Shown here: positions 14,822 to 29,881 of the stretch, in pieces
Layout of the letters: every line of letters starts with the position of its first letter
Position numbering within the stretch: position 1 is the first letter of the stretch
Assembly: GCA_964016885.1 (NCBI GenBank)
Contig: OZ024743.1
Coordinates: 19,096,001 to 19,160,000 of the forward strand
Direction of reading: 5' to 3'
Source: Eledone cirrhosa
Lineage: Eukaryota
Length of the DNA: 64,000 bases
Notes under the pieces: model-generated
Told to the model about the DNA's origin: nothing
Database searches by the model: none
The model's input: only the letters and a program-made list of their open reading frames with translations
Position numbers and translations under genes: made by a program

Positions 14822-15632
14822 GTTTGTTCAATTATTATATATATATTTAAGGTTATTTTACTCATTGCGGGGTGTGTGTTAGGAGTTTACTACTCTCAAG
14901 TTATAGCATATTAAATCCTTGTTAAATAGCGAGACGTGAAGAAGTATGTAATTAAAGTAAGGGTTTGTAGCTACTTATTGGTGTTGAATTATGAAACAAC
15001 GTAATGGTTGGTTAAAGTTAATGATTAGTAAATGTAGATAACATGGTTGATTACAAACACTTGAATATACGTTGTGCATTCAGTTATTCCAGAGGAAAAT
15101 GCATTTCGTTATCGCTACTTAATTCCTCTATTGTCAGAATGCTATGCTGCGAGATGAACGAACTTCCCGTAAATGTATAGTCATATTATTCATTAATTGC
15201 CTAAAGTTTACCGTTATATTATATGTACTATCAGGCTTTTTGCTATGTACACTTATTGTAACGTTGCAACTGTTAACATCATATCATGTCGTTTATAAAT
15301 AACTCTTTTCTCGTGAATTCTAGGAGATTCTGTCGAGATGAAAATGCCTATATGTTTGGAGTTACACATAACCTCATGTAAAAATGATCATAGTAACCAC
15401 CTTCCTGGTATTGATGCTAAGATTGTATCTTGTGGAATTTATCTGACTGATGTGTAAACATATACAGCATTCTTTCCTAAACAGCGAATGGTAAAGCTAA
15501 TATTTGGTTCATCAATTCTTTGATTACCAAAATGTAGAAGCGTGATGTGTGAGACGCGCGCACACACACACACACACATAGACACAGACACACACACATA
15601 GACACAGACACACACACATGCACACACACACC

Positions 15633-15685
<53 letters not shown>

Positions 15686-17401
15686 ATGTGTGTATGTGTG
15701 TACGCGCGCGCTTCCATGTGTGCGTTTCAGCGGCATGCCTGTACGGGTGCGTGTAAGCATGTGTGAGAGCGTGTGTGACTGCACGCGTGTGTGTAAAACT
15801 AGTGTTATAATCTATAAATATACGGATATGCTTTATATATTAACCTCATGCATGTCATATTGGTATTACAAAGTTCAATTAATTTAATATATCACTCATT
15901 GCAACTATTGCATTTCAATAAGTATTGCATTACACATAAACCAGTGCTCAAGCCGCAAAACATATCATTAGATTATCATATAAATGTATATCATCATTGG
16001 ATAATCATGAGATCATCATGTATAGTCTCGTTACATGTACCAGTTTTGCAGCGATTGTTTCGACTTTCTGCGCTCTGAGATCATATCTTTCAGAGGTTAA
16101 CATCACGTTTCATCCCCTCGACGTTGATAACTAAAGTTCCGGTTTCATACTGGGGTCTATTTTATCTCCACATTTTCCTCGTTCTCATTCTCGTAATGAT
16201 GTCAGCTATGCTCATATGTGTGTTGGTTAATGAGCTTCTCCGTTTTCAAGAAATGAAATTATGGGACACTGCAACTGGCCATAACTAACTTATTTCAATT
16301 CGTAAACAGCAGTGTCTGTACCTAAACACTATGGTAGAAATCAATAGAATGGTTGTTATATTTTAATTAATCTATAATGATTAATTTATTGAATGTACCA
16401 TTTCAATATGATACCTTCTACGTCTTTATTTATTTATTATCTACATTTAGTCTGGAATAAATCTCATTCAATTTACTGCATAATTAGAAATTATATTTAT
16501 TATGTCTCATGCTCTAAGTTAATATACATCATGATCCTCAAATGATACCTCTTCAGTCACGAGAGGGTTAGTATCATTATTACATAATTATGTAAAAATA
16601 ATTGTAAAGAGGGAATATTGAATGTTAATATAGTCATAAGTGAAAATATTAATTAGACTAGTCTAATTTTAAATATAAGCCTATAATGAGCGAATACGTT
16701 TCCAGACGTTAACTAATTCGTTTAATTTCAAGCTAGTACAATGAGATCTAGTTTAGAGTAGATTGTATTTCAGCTTACATCATTTCCAGAATATCTCGAT
16801 GCTTTTGTCTGCAAAGATTAATTCTTCTTAGTGGATGTATAAATATCAAAACGATGTTTTAATGAAAATAATTTAGACAGACAAAACTGACAGAAACAGC
16901 GATTTAGAAGTATATTTATTGGTAGAATAAATAATGATGATCATGTCACGTTTCAAAAATGACAGATTTGGTTAATATGTGTTGACAGGTGTATTCACCT
17001 CTGAGGTTTGACTCGTCTATAAAAGCATGTAAATGCTTTGCGGCTGTCTTGACGGTTTAATAAAAAGAACATTTTATGTGCACTTCCAGTGTTATGTATG
17101 CAATCGATACTTCTCACTGTTACTATGTCACTATCTATCAACTGATATCATAGACAAATAAAATCATTCCATTTAACAAGTAAACAGCGAAATTGTTAAG
17201 CAACATCGGGAGTTCGATTAAGTACAATCAAAAGTGAAAGCAGCAACTGATAAATAGATGACAGGTGATTCAATTGTCACATTAATCGTCATGCACGTAT
17301 ATTTCATTCGCTAAATACCAAGGTTCTCTTTGCATTAACAAATTTTGCCTTCATTTAGGAAATTGAAATAATCAACACAGAAAAGCTTGTATCATTGTGG
17401 T

Positions 17402-17441
<40 letters not shown>

Positions 17442-17444
<3 letters not shown>

Positions 17445-17637
17445 AAATGTATGATCCCGATGGCAGAGCTCAAGCCGTTTCGATGGCTATTTCTGGACTA
17501 GTAGTCCAAAAATAGCTGTCGAAACAGCTTGTGCTCTGCCGTCGGGGTCATACATTTTCCTATTACCCACTCTACTACCACAAGTATTGAGTACTCTGGT
17601 GCGTTATGGTTCATCTGGTTCCTTACAACTTCTTCGT

Positions 17638-17640
<3 letters not shown>
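17442..17640 (+). mobile_element. Family B fragment with a fold-back inversion (about 58-bp arms centred near 17500)
   Basis: ggaaatgtatgatcccgatggcagagctcaagccgtttcga..ctggacta / tagtcca..tcgaaacagcttgtgctctgccgtcggggtcatacattttcc; (TA)n on both sides. Confidence 0.75.
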
Positions 17641-17670
<30 letters not shown>

Positions 17671-17685
17671 TTATTTAAATATAAG

Positions 17686-18310
17686 TACGTATGGATTCAC
17701 CGAACATTTATTATAATGCTCGGTGTGTTTGTAAACAAACATCCCGAATTAAGCCGTACAGTGTCTAGCAACCATCGTTGCTCGTTTGTTCAACACTGAC
17801 ATAGGAACGATGTACTAGTTTCAAGCTTATTAGCTATCGTCAGCAACGTATACCTTCCTGCCATATGGTTGAACGTCTGAAAGTATATACTTTCCTTATG
17901 CATATGTACGTCTGTATACATATATGTATGTACGTGTACATACTTATATTTAAGTAACAGCCGTACTAAGAGTGAGAAATGAAATTTCGTTTCATTTTTT
18001 TCCGTTTATCGTTTTCGGTACCCCGGCCGATTAACTCACTCGATATGCAAATTAGGCTGCTCAAACGTTAATATGCATAAGGAAAGTATATACTTTCAGA
18101 CGTTCAACCATCTGGCAGGAAATTATACGTTGCTGACGATTGTTAATAAGCTTGAAACTAGTAGAGTATTCCTTTGTCAGTGTTGTACAAATGAGCAACG
18201 ATGGTTGCTAGACACTGTACGGCTTAATTCGGGATGTTCGTTTACAAACACACCGAGCATTATAATAAATGTTCGGTGAATCCATACGTACATATATATA
18301 TGTGTGCATG

Positions 18311-18351
<41 letters not shown>

Positions 18352-18458
18352 TACTGTACGTCTGTATACATGTATGTATGTACGTATACATACTTATATT
18401 TAAGTAACACCCGTACTAAGAGTGAGAAATGAAATTTTGTTTCATTTTTTCCGTTTAT
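17686..18458. mobile_element. Family I element: about 220-bp inverted arms with minimal HHRs
   Basis: Arms 17686-17905 and 18071-18291. cgttg-CTGACGA-t-agct/agct-t-GAAA-ctag-TA at 17808-17848 (-) and a decayed copy at 18128-18168 (+). The spacer start 17905-18008 recurs at 18355-18458. Confidence 0.75.
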
Positions 18459-19289
18459 ATTTATTTATATATATATATAAATATCAATGATATTAATAAA
18501 TGGAAACAATATTTATAAAACCATATTTATTTTATTATATATATTTCAAGCGTACCAGCAAATTAAATATCTCTTTGCATATATATATATATATATATAT
18601 TTTTTTTTTTAGTATATATATATTATATTTTTTTTTTGTTGCAATTTTCGGAATGTTTTGACTGTTGTTTCTTGTAAACAGCTTTTCGTCTCATCACGCC
18701 ATCACTAGCGTGTGTCCACCTGTGTTTTGTTATTTCAATTCTACACGCTGTCGTTTGCCTGCTTTTAATTCCGCTCCGGCATTTTAGCTGTGAGAATCTA
18801 GTTAATGTGTTGAGTACTACCAATCGTGACTAACCCTACTGAACAGTTTCGTGAAATAGTCTTTTAAGACTATATAGTGCATTTGTAGTTTTCCCCAAAT
18901 TGACGGTTAAGTATTTCTTCTTGATTTTATTTTGAATTAAGATTGTACTGCTTTTTCCCCAACTTACACAAAGTCTGAGGATAAAGTTTTACTTGATTTG
19001 TTTTAAATTAAGATTGTATTACTTTTCTCATATCTTACATTAAAAGATTTTTCATCTTGATGGTATAGTCACTTATATGTCTGAATTATTGTTGGCATTT
19101 TGCTTACATTAATTTCTCTATTTTCATGTATATATATCTATACCTATATATAAATATATATATGTGTGTGTGGGGGGGGGGGTTCGTGTGTGTGTGTGTG
19201 CGCGTGTGTTTGTGCGCGTGTGTGTGTCAAAGATATCAACGCAGATACAGTTAGGTGTATTACTGTGTATATATATATATATATACATC

Positions 19290-19930
19290 TTTCTTCTTCT
19301 TCTCCTTCGCCCACTGAGAGGGTCCTGGGAGGAGAGTCAAAATACTCCTTCCAGCAAGTCCTCTCAGAAACTAATATCTCTAACTGATCCGGCTGTATCC
19401 CTAAGAGAGACCAGCGAAGCTCATGGATATTATTCCTCCATCTTGCGTGGGGTCTACATCTGAATCTGCTGCCGGTTAGTGTCGCCAGTAAAATCTGAGC
19501 AGCTATTCTTTCCTTAGACATGCTAACCACATGTCCATAGTATCGTAGCTGAGATCTCTCAATTCAGAGAAGTGGCTCCACCTGGAGTGACTCTCTGATC
19601 TCCGAGCTACGTACCCTCTCAAGTAACGTTACTGCGAAAACCCTTCCGAGGAACCCCATTACAGCCGCTTGTATTGTCAATCCTATTTTGGTCTTTAAAC
19701 AAGATTCATGAACATAGGTAAGTTGTGGCACAAATACTGAATTGAAGTTAGTGAGTTTGGATTTTAGAGATATTCATTTCTTCTGCGTACTGAATGCTAA
19801 AGCTGACGTATTACTACACCAACTCCTGCAGTTCCTGCACTTAATTCAGCCTCATGCTTTCCATGAATCGAGAATACGAGAATGTAAAATATTGTAGAGT
19901 GTTTCCAATGATTTGTATATCCATGTAAAA
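19290..19930 (-). mobile_element. RTE-clade LINE 3' remnant
   Basis: EPLL-RIERSQLRYYGHV, MSKERIAAQILLATLTGSRFRCRPHARWRNNIHELRWSLLGI and a (GAA)n tail match typical RTE C-termini. Confidence 0.75.
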
Positions 19931-21365
19931 TTTAGGAAGTATATTTCTTAACTCTCGAACAAATTGTTTGTTAGTAATGAAAGGATGATTATCAGGTTGA
20001 ATGGATATGTTGCATTGCAATTATCAATTATCGTTTGCACGATGAGCCAGCTGCAATGAAGGAAAATAAAGAGACAATAACCTGTATAATGTGAATTGGT
20101 GATGACAAGAACGATATATAAATATGATCGCATTCATGGCTACCTTCATCATTAGAATAAAATAACTAAATAAATAAGTAAAAACGCACATAGACACACA
20201 CATATATATATGTGTGTGTGTGTGAGTGCGCGTCTGTGTGCGTTTGTGTGTGTGTTAAGGAAGTATGTTTGGAGCGCATTTGTTTCCGTTTGAGTTAGGG
20301 GAGCCCCAAAATATAATCTTCTTCCGACGGTGTTATTACCTATATGTTATATCTTTGTATCTTCTATATCTAATGACATGGGTTGGTGGATTACAGCATC
20401 AGAGCCACACTTTATATATAATTTTGACTGTAATATCTATGAAGTACCTTCAAGTAATTAAATAAAAATAAGTTTCCTTCTATGCCATTTTTTGTTGTGT
20501 CACCTGTTTGTTTGTTCCGTACAACGACTAAACTTTTGAACTTTTCGCCTTGGTAGAACTCCAGATATTTTCATTGATTTTCACATTAGGATATTGCCAA
20601 CACAAAATAGCATGGTTGAAAAACAGAGATTCCAAGCATTTACCTGATTTCATATGGAAAGATAATAGAAATATTGATTATAAATTGTGAATCCTGGCGG
20701 AGTAGTCGTTCTAAAGGGTAACAGACATCTGCTTTAAAAATGAGATATTGCTTTCCATCACTGAGAGATTCGAGCGCTATATCTGGACGTTTTCATACCT
20801 ATCAGCGCCTGATATAGTCGGTGATAGTATGAGGTAAATAGGTGAGCGGGTAAGGAGGACAAAACTTTAAATAGAGGACACGTTGAGGTGCATTGAAGGA
20901 GTGTGCATAACAGGGTAGATGTAGCTGGAAGACACTCAATGAAATTCTAGATTATGAATGATTGAATTTTAGCCAGAGGTACAACATTATCATGCAAAGA
21001 TACCAATTTAATGACGAACGCACATATATAGGTACATATGTGAAGTAATGAGATTACGCTGTAGTAGAATTCAGAAACAAACGAAGTTTCGTATATACTT
21101 CAGGGAGCTCTGGCTTCCTCCCAATAGATGAGTAGTTTTTCGTGATTTTTGATGTTCTGATTTGTGTTACAGCATTGCAAAATACCACAGTTTACCATTC
21201 TATCAATGGTGAGGAAGGACGCCTTATATTCACAATTAGCTATGTGTAGACACCCTGGGCGAATTCACCCCAGTGTTTCCTGGAAGTGAAAGAGTATGTA
21301 AAATATTTCAGATATTTAGTCTCTAAAATCACAGGCAGAAACATGCGCACAGACGCCCCCACACA

Positions 21366-21650
<285 letters not shown>

Positions 21651-22401
21651 TTAGCAGCGGAATATAAAATTACAAATATAAATAGGGATGCATTTAAGAC
21701 AGCTAAATGAAACAAAGACGCAGAATGCTGCATTAAAACATGGGAGCTGAACTACGTCATATGTAATGTTCAAAAGACTGTACACTATAATATGTAGGAA
21801 GAATATTCCCGTAGATGAACTGTAAAGTGATTGTATGATGTAAAAACCACAATTACCCATATTAAAGAATACTGATGAATGAATACTTGATACACTTATA
21901 CCATATACTTCTTGACAAGATTTCAGTAATGTGTAAATATAACAGACCTAATATGAGTGACTGGTATATAGTAAATAAATTGCACAATAAATGTTAACAT
22001 ATCGTTAAAATATAGTGAAATGTGATGCATCTATATCAATATACGTATTACATAACGAATTTGGCAATAGATAATACAGATATGTTTCTAAAAGTATATG
22101 GACTGCAGCTCCCCATTATGCCACATATTTAGGCATAATGTTGGAAAAAGCAATTACATCGTGGAGAGACATTTTAACAATTCATAAGCAAATATAACTG
22201 AATAAATTCATTTCAAATTAATAGTTTATGCTTTTCTATCAGAGAGTAGATTGCATAGAGCACGATGAACATTTTAACACCAGGTAAAATGAATTTCATA
22301 GATTTTGTGAATTACCCGCACACACACACAAAGAAATACACCCAGACACATGCACTTGCACATAGACACACACACGCGCACACACACTCACACACTCACA
22401 T

Positions 22402-22432
<31 letters not shown>

Positions 22433-22458
22433 AATATATATATATCTATATATAGATA

Positions 22459-25400
22459 ACTTTCTTTTTATTTGCCGCCAGGGCATCAAAGAGTGGGACA
22501 AGTACAATGGGGGGGGGGTTTACATAAAAATGCGTCCTCACTAAGGAGGAGGCAATCACAAAATATATATATATAAAATATAAAATATATTAAAAATAAA
22601 TTGAAAAACAAAATCCTCAATAGTGAGGAGGCGCCTTGTGGGTCGCACACCCCCGAAAAAAGTGTTGTGCAACCCTTCTCCTCGGGAGCAGAGAGAGAGG
22701 GTGCTCCCATGATCTTTCATCTTTCTCACCTACAGTCTGATGTAAAGTAAAGGCCCATTCACACAGGCCATTCTCCCCACTTTCACCCATCTTTCATAGA
22801 AATGGCTGGGGTGCAGCACCTCTCTCTCCATCCTGATCCTTCTTCCAAAATGATATCGGAAGAAACGGACCAGTTGTTGGCCAGAGAGAAAGGTGTCTGA
22901 CCTCATTCCTTTCAGACGCGTCCACCATACAACCTCTTTCGCCATGGCTACTACGAACAGAAACACCGCCTCTCCTTCGTTTTTGAAGAGGGGAGGCGGC
23001 TTGATCAATACAATAGATTCGGTGGTCAACCGGATCGGTCCCACCCTTGACAGCAATTGTTCGACATAGCCCCACAGATCGGCAATGCCCGAGCAGTGTA
23101 CCAATGCATGTGCAACGGTTTCCTCGTCGCACACGCATCTGGGACAGATCTTTTTCGAGGGGTCCCTACCCGGGCGCCCGTGTCTGTAGAGCCTTTCTTG
23201 AACGGGCAGAGCCCCTCGGTAGCACTGCCAGGCCAGGGACCTCTGGAATTTATCCATGGGTCCTCGGCTGAATGTCCTACCGAACAGGTTGGCCAGTTCG
23301 TCTTCAGGCCTAGGGCTTCTCAGAGGGCGTCGCCAAGCCTGCTAACCACCAGCTCTCTATAGAATGACGAGGCGGATTCTGCCGACACCGCTTTCCACAA
23401 TCCCGGTTCCAAGGGGATGCCCTGCAACAACTTCAACTTCCGCAGCAGTGGCTCTAGTGTCATTACATACAGAAGGGAGGAGAGAGGGCACCCTTGTCGG
23501 ATGGACCGCGCTATTTCGAACGGCTCCAAGAGGTAGACGTTCACATTGACCCTGGAGCAGATGCGGCTGCTGTGCATGGCATTGATCCAGTCCCTGAAAA
23601 CGGGTCCGAAGCCTGCCGCCGCTAGCACCGCATCCAGGTAACCATGGTCGACCCTATCGAACGCCTTAGATTGATCCAAGTTTATCAGGGCCCCACCAAA
23701 GCCGGGTTGGTTCCCAACCCTCTATATGATGTATCGCATGAGGTGGAGGTTGTCGTGAATGAACCTGGACGGGATAGCACATGTCTGCGCATCCCCCACC
23801 AGGTTTCCCACGACAAGTGCCAACCTCTTTGCTAGCACCTTGGCCAAAATCTGTAACTCTGTATTTAGCAGAGTTATGGGCCTGAAATTATTTATATCGT
23901 CCCCCTTCTTCTCGTCTTTCCTCACTAGCGTGACTACGCCCTTGGTCACAGCACAGGGAATTCTCCCGTTTTGTTGCCAGTTGCAGTAGACCGCCTCGAG
24001 GAGATCGGGGAACAAGTACGGCATAGCTAGATATAGTTCGTATGGAAGACCATCGAGACCTGGGGATTTGCGTTTGCCGCATTGGCTCAGCACGTCCTCT
24101 ATCTCAGCGACTGAAATCGGCCTCTCGCAGGACTTCGCCTCCCTGTCCGAGAGACGCGGCAGGCCGTCGAGGTATGGACCGAAATCCACTTCCCCAACCG
24201 GCTCCCCGCCCCTTCCGAACAATCTGGCAAAGTGCTTTTGAAAAGCCTCGCACATCTGCTTAGGTTCAAGGATCACACGTCCATCCTGATCTCGCAAAGA
24301 CCGGATAGTGGATCTACTCCCTCTTTTGGCTTCTGTCACGCGGGCCCAGCTAACAGTTTTGGTCCCCTCGTTTCCCAGAGCACGTATTTTGCTTCGGACG
24401 ATGCAGCCTTCGTGTTTTGCGTCGAAGAACTGGCCCAGGGCCGTTCTCGACGCTAGCAGTCTGGCCACGTCGCCGCTTCTAATTGCCTCTTCTACACTAT
24501 CTACCAACTCCCTTTCCTTCCTATTTCAATTTGAGGCTAACTCCTTACTAAATTCTATAGAGACTACTCTCTAATCTCTCTTTTGAGAGATCCCCACCAC
24601 CTGCGGTTGACGATGGTGCCCGTCAACCGCTCCTTAACTAAATTGCTAATCCGGTCCCTGTAAGCCTTACTTGCCGGTAAGGACAAGTTGAGCTTCCAGT
24701 AACCGGGTCCCTGTCTATGCGTTCTGTCAAGGTTGACCATGCAGGTCACTAACTTATGGTCTGAATAGCCAACCATGCGCTTTTTTGGACAACTTAAAAA
24801 GTCCTTATCCTTATTTATAACTAAGAACCTATCTAGGTACGACCTAGATGATCCGCTGCGGTTTGCCCAAGTCCAGGTTGGCGCAGTCGGAAAATCTAGT
24901 CGATATCTATCGGCCAGGTCAAATCGACCGATTAACTCTTTGAGGCTATTACACCCCTCTCTATCGGGAAAGGCCCCTACGTAGTACCAACGTGCATCTA
25001 GGATACCATTCCAGTCCCCCACTAATAGCAAGGTGCAGGACGTCCCTAGAAAAGTCTCCAGACGATGGAAGAAGTCCGGCCTCATGGACCCGAAAGGGCA
25101 GTAGTCGGCTACCAACCTAAACGCTCCGCTTTCAGCACTGCCAAGGTCCAGAACCACTAGTCGACCCTCCGGGTCCAAATGTACCATCTGTGTTGCGAGA
25201 CCCAGATGTTTTTGGAGCAGAACGACAACCCCACCGCCACCTCCGGGCTGACAGAGGGATGCGTGCATCTCAAAGTCATCAAAGGTGGGGGCCAGCTGTC
25301 GCACGTTGCTGATCCGGGCCTCGCAAATATCCATCACATCTATACGTTGTGACCTGAGGTCATTTAGCAGCATTGCTTGCTTCCAAGATGACCCAGGCCA

Positions 25401-25700
25401 CGCGTATTTAGACAGCCTACTATTAGCATAGCCATGTTGGTGGTGAAGAGAAAAGGCACTTACCTCTCTGCGTCCCGTGTATCGGCCTCTTCATCTCCTG
25501 GGGACCAGCTCCACAATTTCCATGGGGGTGTTGGAGGGTATGTTTGATGGGGGTGGTGGTTTCTGGCGGGGTGGGGATGGAGGTGTTTGATGGGAAGGGG
25601 TATCTGGAGGATGGGGATCACTTGGGTAGGGGAGCCTGTGGTGGTGAGGCCTTTGTAGAGGACGCGGTTGATTGGTTTCACGCAGGAATTCCCCACGTCC
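22459..25700 (-). mobile_element. Tx1/L1-clade non-LTR retrotransposon, 5'-truncated, frameshifted and internally deleted
   Basis: ORF2 starts near 25435. APE motifs (LNTRGL, GDWN, SYLDRF, SDH, GPGYWKLN); RT motifs (KSPGLDG, NFRPITLLN, DQSKAFDRV, RQGCPLS); C-terminal CPRC..ETVAHALVHC; AATAAA plus A-rich tail near 22460-22473. Confidence 0.92.
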
Positions 25701-26012
25701 TCTACAAATATAGATAAATATACACAGGTGTGTATGATTGTGTATAGAAGATTATATTAATAAAAGGAATTCCAACTTCGTCTGATTTATTCGTTTTATT
25801 TACAATCCTTTAAAATTTATAATGGATTCGAACGAAATAGTATGGTAGAATATTACATGTTAAGTGTTAATTGAACAACTACTTTCATACTTTCGCAATC
25901 TTCAGGTTCATAGTGTGTGGTGACAGTCAAGTTTGCAATTTTCAGTTGAAAATCAGACAAAGTTGGAATTCCTTTTATTAATATAATCTTTTATGCACAA
26001 TCACACACACCC

Positions 26013-29000
26013 GTGTATATTTATCTATCTATATATATATTCCTATTGTGTATATGCCAGCATGTCTGGAAAGCAACAAATGAATTCAACAGAATCAGAA
26101 AAATTCTAAAGGAGATATCATCGAAATTATCAACACTTATCACGATGATTGACACACAATCCTCTATTTTAAAGGAAATAGAAAAACAATCTACAGACGG
26201 AAAACTTATAACTGAACATATAAACTCTGAAATTAAGAATGTAGCTGAAATTATACCAACAGTTATCAAAGATACAAGAGAAAGCCTATCACAACCCACT
26301 TGGATGTCAGAACTAAACGAAAGAAATTTGGAAAACAAAACACATCGAATAAGAAAAGAAATGTGGAAGACATGGAAACAATTTCTTAACAAGAAAACAA
26401 AACTTCTGGAAAGCATACAGATGCGAAAAATATGTCGAAACACATTCGAAATGGCTCTCTCTAACGGCACCCATACTCCCTCGTAAATACCTTATTACAG
26501 AAATTGCAGGAGAACCAGAACAAGAAAGAAAACTCCGATGGGAACTTACATAGACAAAATTCAGGACTGACATCTTCATTTCTCAATGTAAACAATCCCG
26601 CTACAAAGCCAAATATGAAGCTATCGATGACCAAATTGAAGTTGAAATACCAAAGCTAACGACTGGTATTATAGCTGAAAAACTACGAGAACTATGGATC
26701 AGAGATATCTCAAAAGAAGAAAACAAATCAAGAAAGGTATGGCAGCAGAAACAATTATTTCTCGACGAATATGTTGCAAATTACGGAAAGACTCTGGAAC
26801 CCTGAGAAAAAGCATTAAAAGTGGACAATCTCACCAACACAAAATACGCCAGAACACGTGCCAAGACAAACACTTGACTCAAAGAAGAACTACGTTAATA
26901 GCTTTTCGCTTTTTCTACAAAAACACCCTAACGCACACAACATGAACAAAAAGCACAAACACGATAGATATTCCTTTGACCAGACCATGAGAAGTAGTAA
27001 AACCAGGAGATCATTCTCAAGATCTCAACAGAGACTACCCGCAGGGAACGGGGAAACAAAACGTAGAATAACCAGATCACTCTCAAGATCTCAACAGAGA
27101 TTACCCACAAGAAACTGGACGAAAAAACGATCTAAACCTGAAAGCAAACCTAGGTCATTTCCCCAGATTGTTAAAAGTAATGCTAACAAGAAATGGAAAA
27201 ATAATATACATAATACCATAAATAGGACAAAATACATAACGAAACCAAATATAATATCATGACCAAAAGTTCATCAAGCAAACACCTACAGGAATATAAA
27301 TCCTGAACAGAGAAAAATCCATTTTTTAAGGTCAGGACAACAAAAACCGGAAAAAGAAAAACTCCAGGAGGAAACATACCCAAAACAACTGTACACGTAG
27401 ATCCTAAAATAATTAATTTATCCAAAAGAGATCTTGACAATGATGAAATGCAAATTCTGTTAAAAAGACTGAAATTCACACCGACTCCAACAGTCAACCA
27501 TCAAGAACTGAATGAGGATACCCAAGAATTCTGTCGAAAATTACGTCTTGTAGAATTCTTCGCTGATAAAAGTAATGGGAGTGATGAATCACTAGTAAAG
27601 AATAAATCAAATTTCACTCCGCCAAAAGGAAGAAATATCTATCTCGACCAATACATTGACATCCTGTCTAAATTTCCTCTTAGCCGTAATACTAATGTCA
27701 GGCCAAACATTAACAAATCAGAAATATCTGCACTTAAACGTATACAAGATGATAAAACAATAATAATTAAAACAAGCAGATAAAGGGGGTGCAGTTGTTT
27801 TAATGGATGCTGAATACTACAAGTATTTGGTTGAGGAACAACTGAAAGATACAACATTCTATCATGAAATACCGTCAAATATAGACCACAACATCATGAA
27901 GATCAACAACCTGGCTTCAAAATACCACAACTCCCTTACTGATGAGGAAAGAGACTACATCAGCAATTTTGAGCCAAAACCTGTATGGCTTACCGAAAGT
28001 TCATGAGTCAAAAGAAATACAACTGAACAAAACAGAGAGTTCATTAAATTACTACACCCAAAAGACTTAAATCTTAGACCTATTATAGCTGGTCCAACAT
28101 GCCCACCCAACGTCTAAGCAATTTTGTTGACATTATTTTGAAACCACTATGTATTCACATACCCAGTTTCATCCGGGGTGATATCGACTTCCTGTCCCAT
28201 CTTCCCAAAACCACGGAAACGAATTTACTTCTACTTAGCTTTGATGTGGTAAGCCTTTACACCAACATTACACATGATTTAGGAATAAAGGCGGTTAAAT
28301 ACTGCGTGGAAAAACATAGAGAAGTGATTCCCATCAGATTCACAGCGCCATTTATATTAGACGCAGTTAAACTTATTCTGGAAAACAACACTTTCGTCTT
28401 CAATGGAAAGAATTACATCCAAATTAGAGGCACATTGATGGGAACGAAGTTTGCTCCCGTTTACGCGAACTATGTAATGGGATACTTAGAACAACAACTC
28501 TACCAAGAAATAGAGGAAAAATATAGTACTGACTTTAGAAAGTACATTGAAAAATCTTGGAAAGCATACCTTGACGACTGTTTCATCATCTGCACAGAAT
28601 CTCTAGATACTCTGGATGAGTTCAATATCCTACTGAATAACCTACACCCATCTCTCCAATTCACAAAAGAGATGAGTAGTACAAAATTACCATTCCTAGA
28701 ATTACCACGGATATATATTATAAACACACAGACACCCATCAATATATGAATTTTAAGTCGTGCCATCCACCTAATACAAAACGCAACATCCCATACTGCC
28801 TAGCCAGAAGAATGTGTACCTTTGTAGAAGACACGAATACGAGGTACAAATGCCTAACAGAACTAAGAGAATTTTTGCTCAAACAAAAATACCCATCTCT
28901 ACTTATAGAAAATGGCATACAGTGGGCTATAAAAATACCTATACAACTTAGGACAACCCAAGGCAGAAGAAACGAAGAACTGGTCATACCATTCATAATG

Positions 29001-29560
29001 ACACACAACCCATGTCACCAGAATATCTTCAACACTGCCAAAGCAAACCTACCGATCATTGCTCAAAGTAATGAATTAAAAGATCCTTCTCTGACTCTTA
29101 GTAAAAGACAGCCGAAAAATTTGAAGCAATTACTAACAAAAGCAAAGTTTGACCTAACAACAAAGACCAATCATTCACGGTATCTAAATGCAATGATAGT
29201 CGATGTGGCACATGTCAATCCATACACGCCGGTCAATATATGAAAACAAAAACTGGAAAAATATTCCAAAATGCAAATATGAACTGCAACAGCAGACATC
29301 TAATTTACTGCATTAAATGCCCGAATTGTGAAGAACTCTATGTCGGTCAAACTGGAAATGCACTTTCGGAACGTGCACGGGTACACCGACAGAAAATCAG
29401 AGACCAAGTGTCCGTCAAATACCCCTAAGTAACCATCTAGCAACATGTGGTCAGGGAATATTTATAATATTCCCATTCTACAAATTACACAGCCCAAGAG
29501 AAAAATCAAAGAAAAGAATGTTATTGATAAATTCAAACCCAAGCTAAATGAACAATAATA
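26013..29560 (+). pseudogene. PLE reverse transcriptase plus GIY-YIG endonuclease ORF, multiple frameshifts
   Basis: LKFTPTP, FCRKLRL, RPIIAGP, FDVVSLYTNI, GTLMGTKFAP, YLDD, SCHP, CNDSRCGTC, LIYCIKCPNCEELYVGQT. Confidence 0.92.
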
Positions 29561-29640
29561 ATGGGGTTTTACTCCTACTATGACTATGACTACAACCATG
29601 TCAACTACGACCTCTAACAACAACAACAAAAATAATAATA

Positions 29641-29881
29641 ATTGTTTCTACTTTTGGCACAAGGCTAGCAATTAACCAGTACATTACTGGTACTTTATTT
29701 TATCGACCCCGTAAGGATGAAAGGCAAGGTTAACCTCGACGGCTTTGAACTCAGACCATAATAATAATAATAATTGTTTCTACATTTGGCACAAGGCCAG
29801 CAATATACAGTGGATTACTGGTACTTTATTCTATCGACCCCGAAGGATGAAAGGCAAAGTTAACCTCGGCGGGATTTGAAT
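29641..29881 (-). mobile_element. Two tandem SINE copies with (AAT)n spacers inside the PLE 3' region
   Basis: attgtttctac..ggcacaagg..tactggtactttatt.tatcgacccc..aaggatgaaaggcaa.gttaacctcg.cgg.tttgaa occurs twice. Confidence 0.8.

Noticed and set aside
18040-18056. Octamer ATGCAAAT as an snRNA promoter element
   Set aside because: A single short motif inside a repeat, with no snRNA or PSE recognised.
20690-21240. Possible old PLE remnant with an HHR-like motif on the minus strand
   Set aside because: The core is non-canonical (CTGATAG), stem I does not pair and the protein motifs are too weak.
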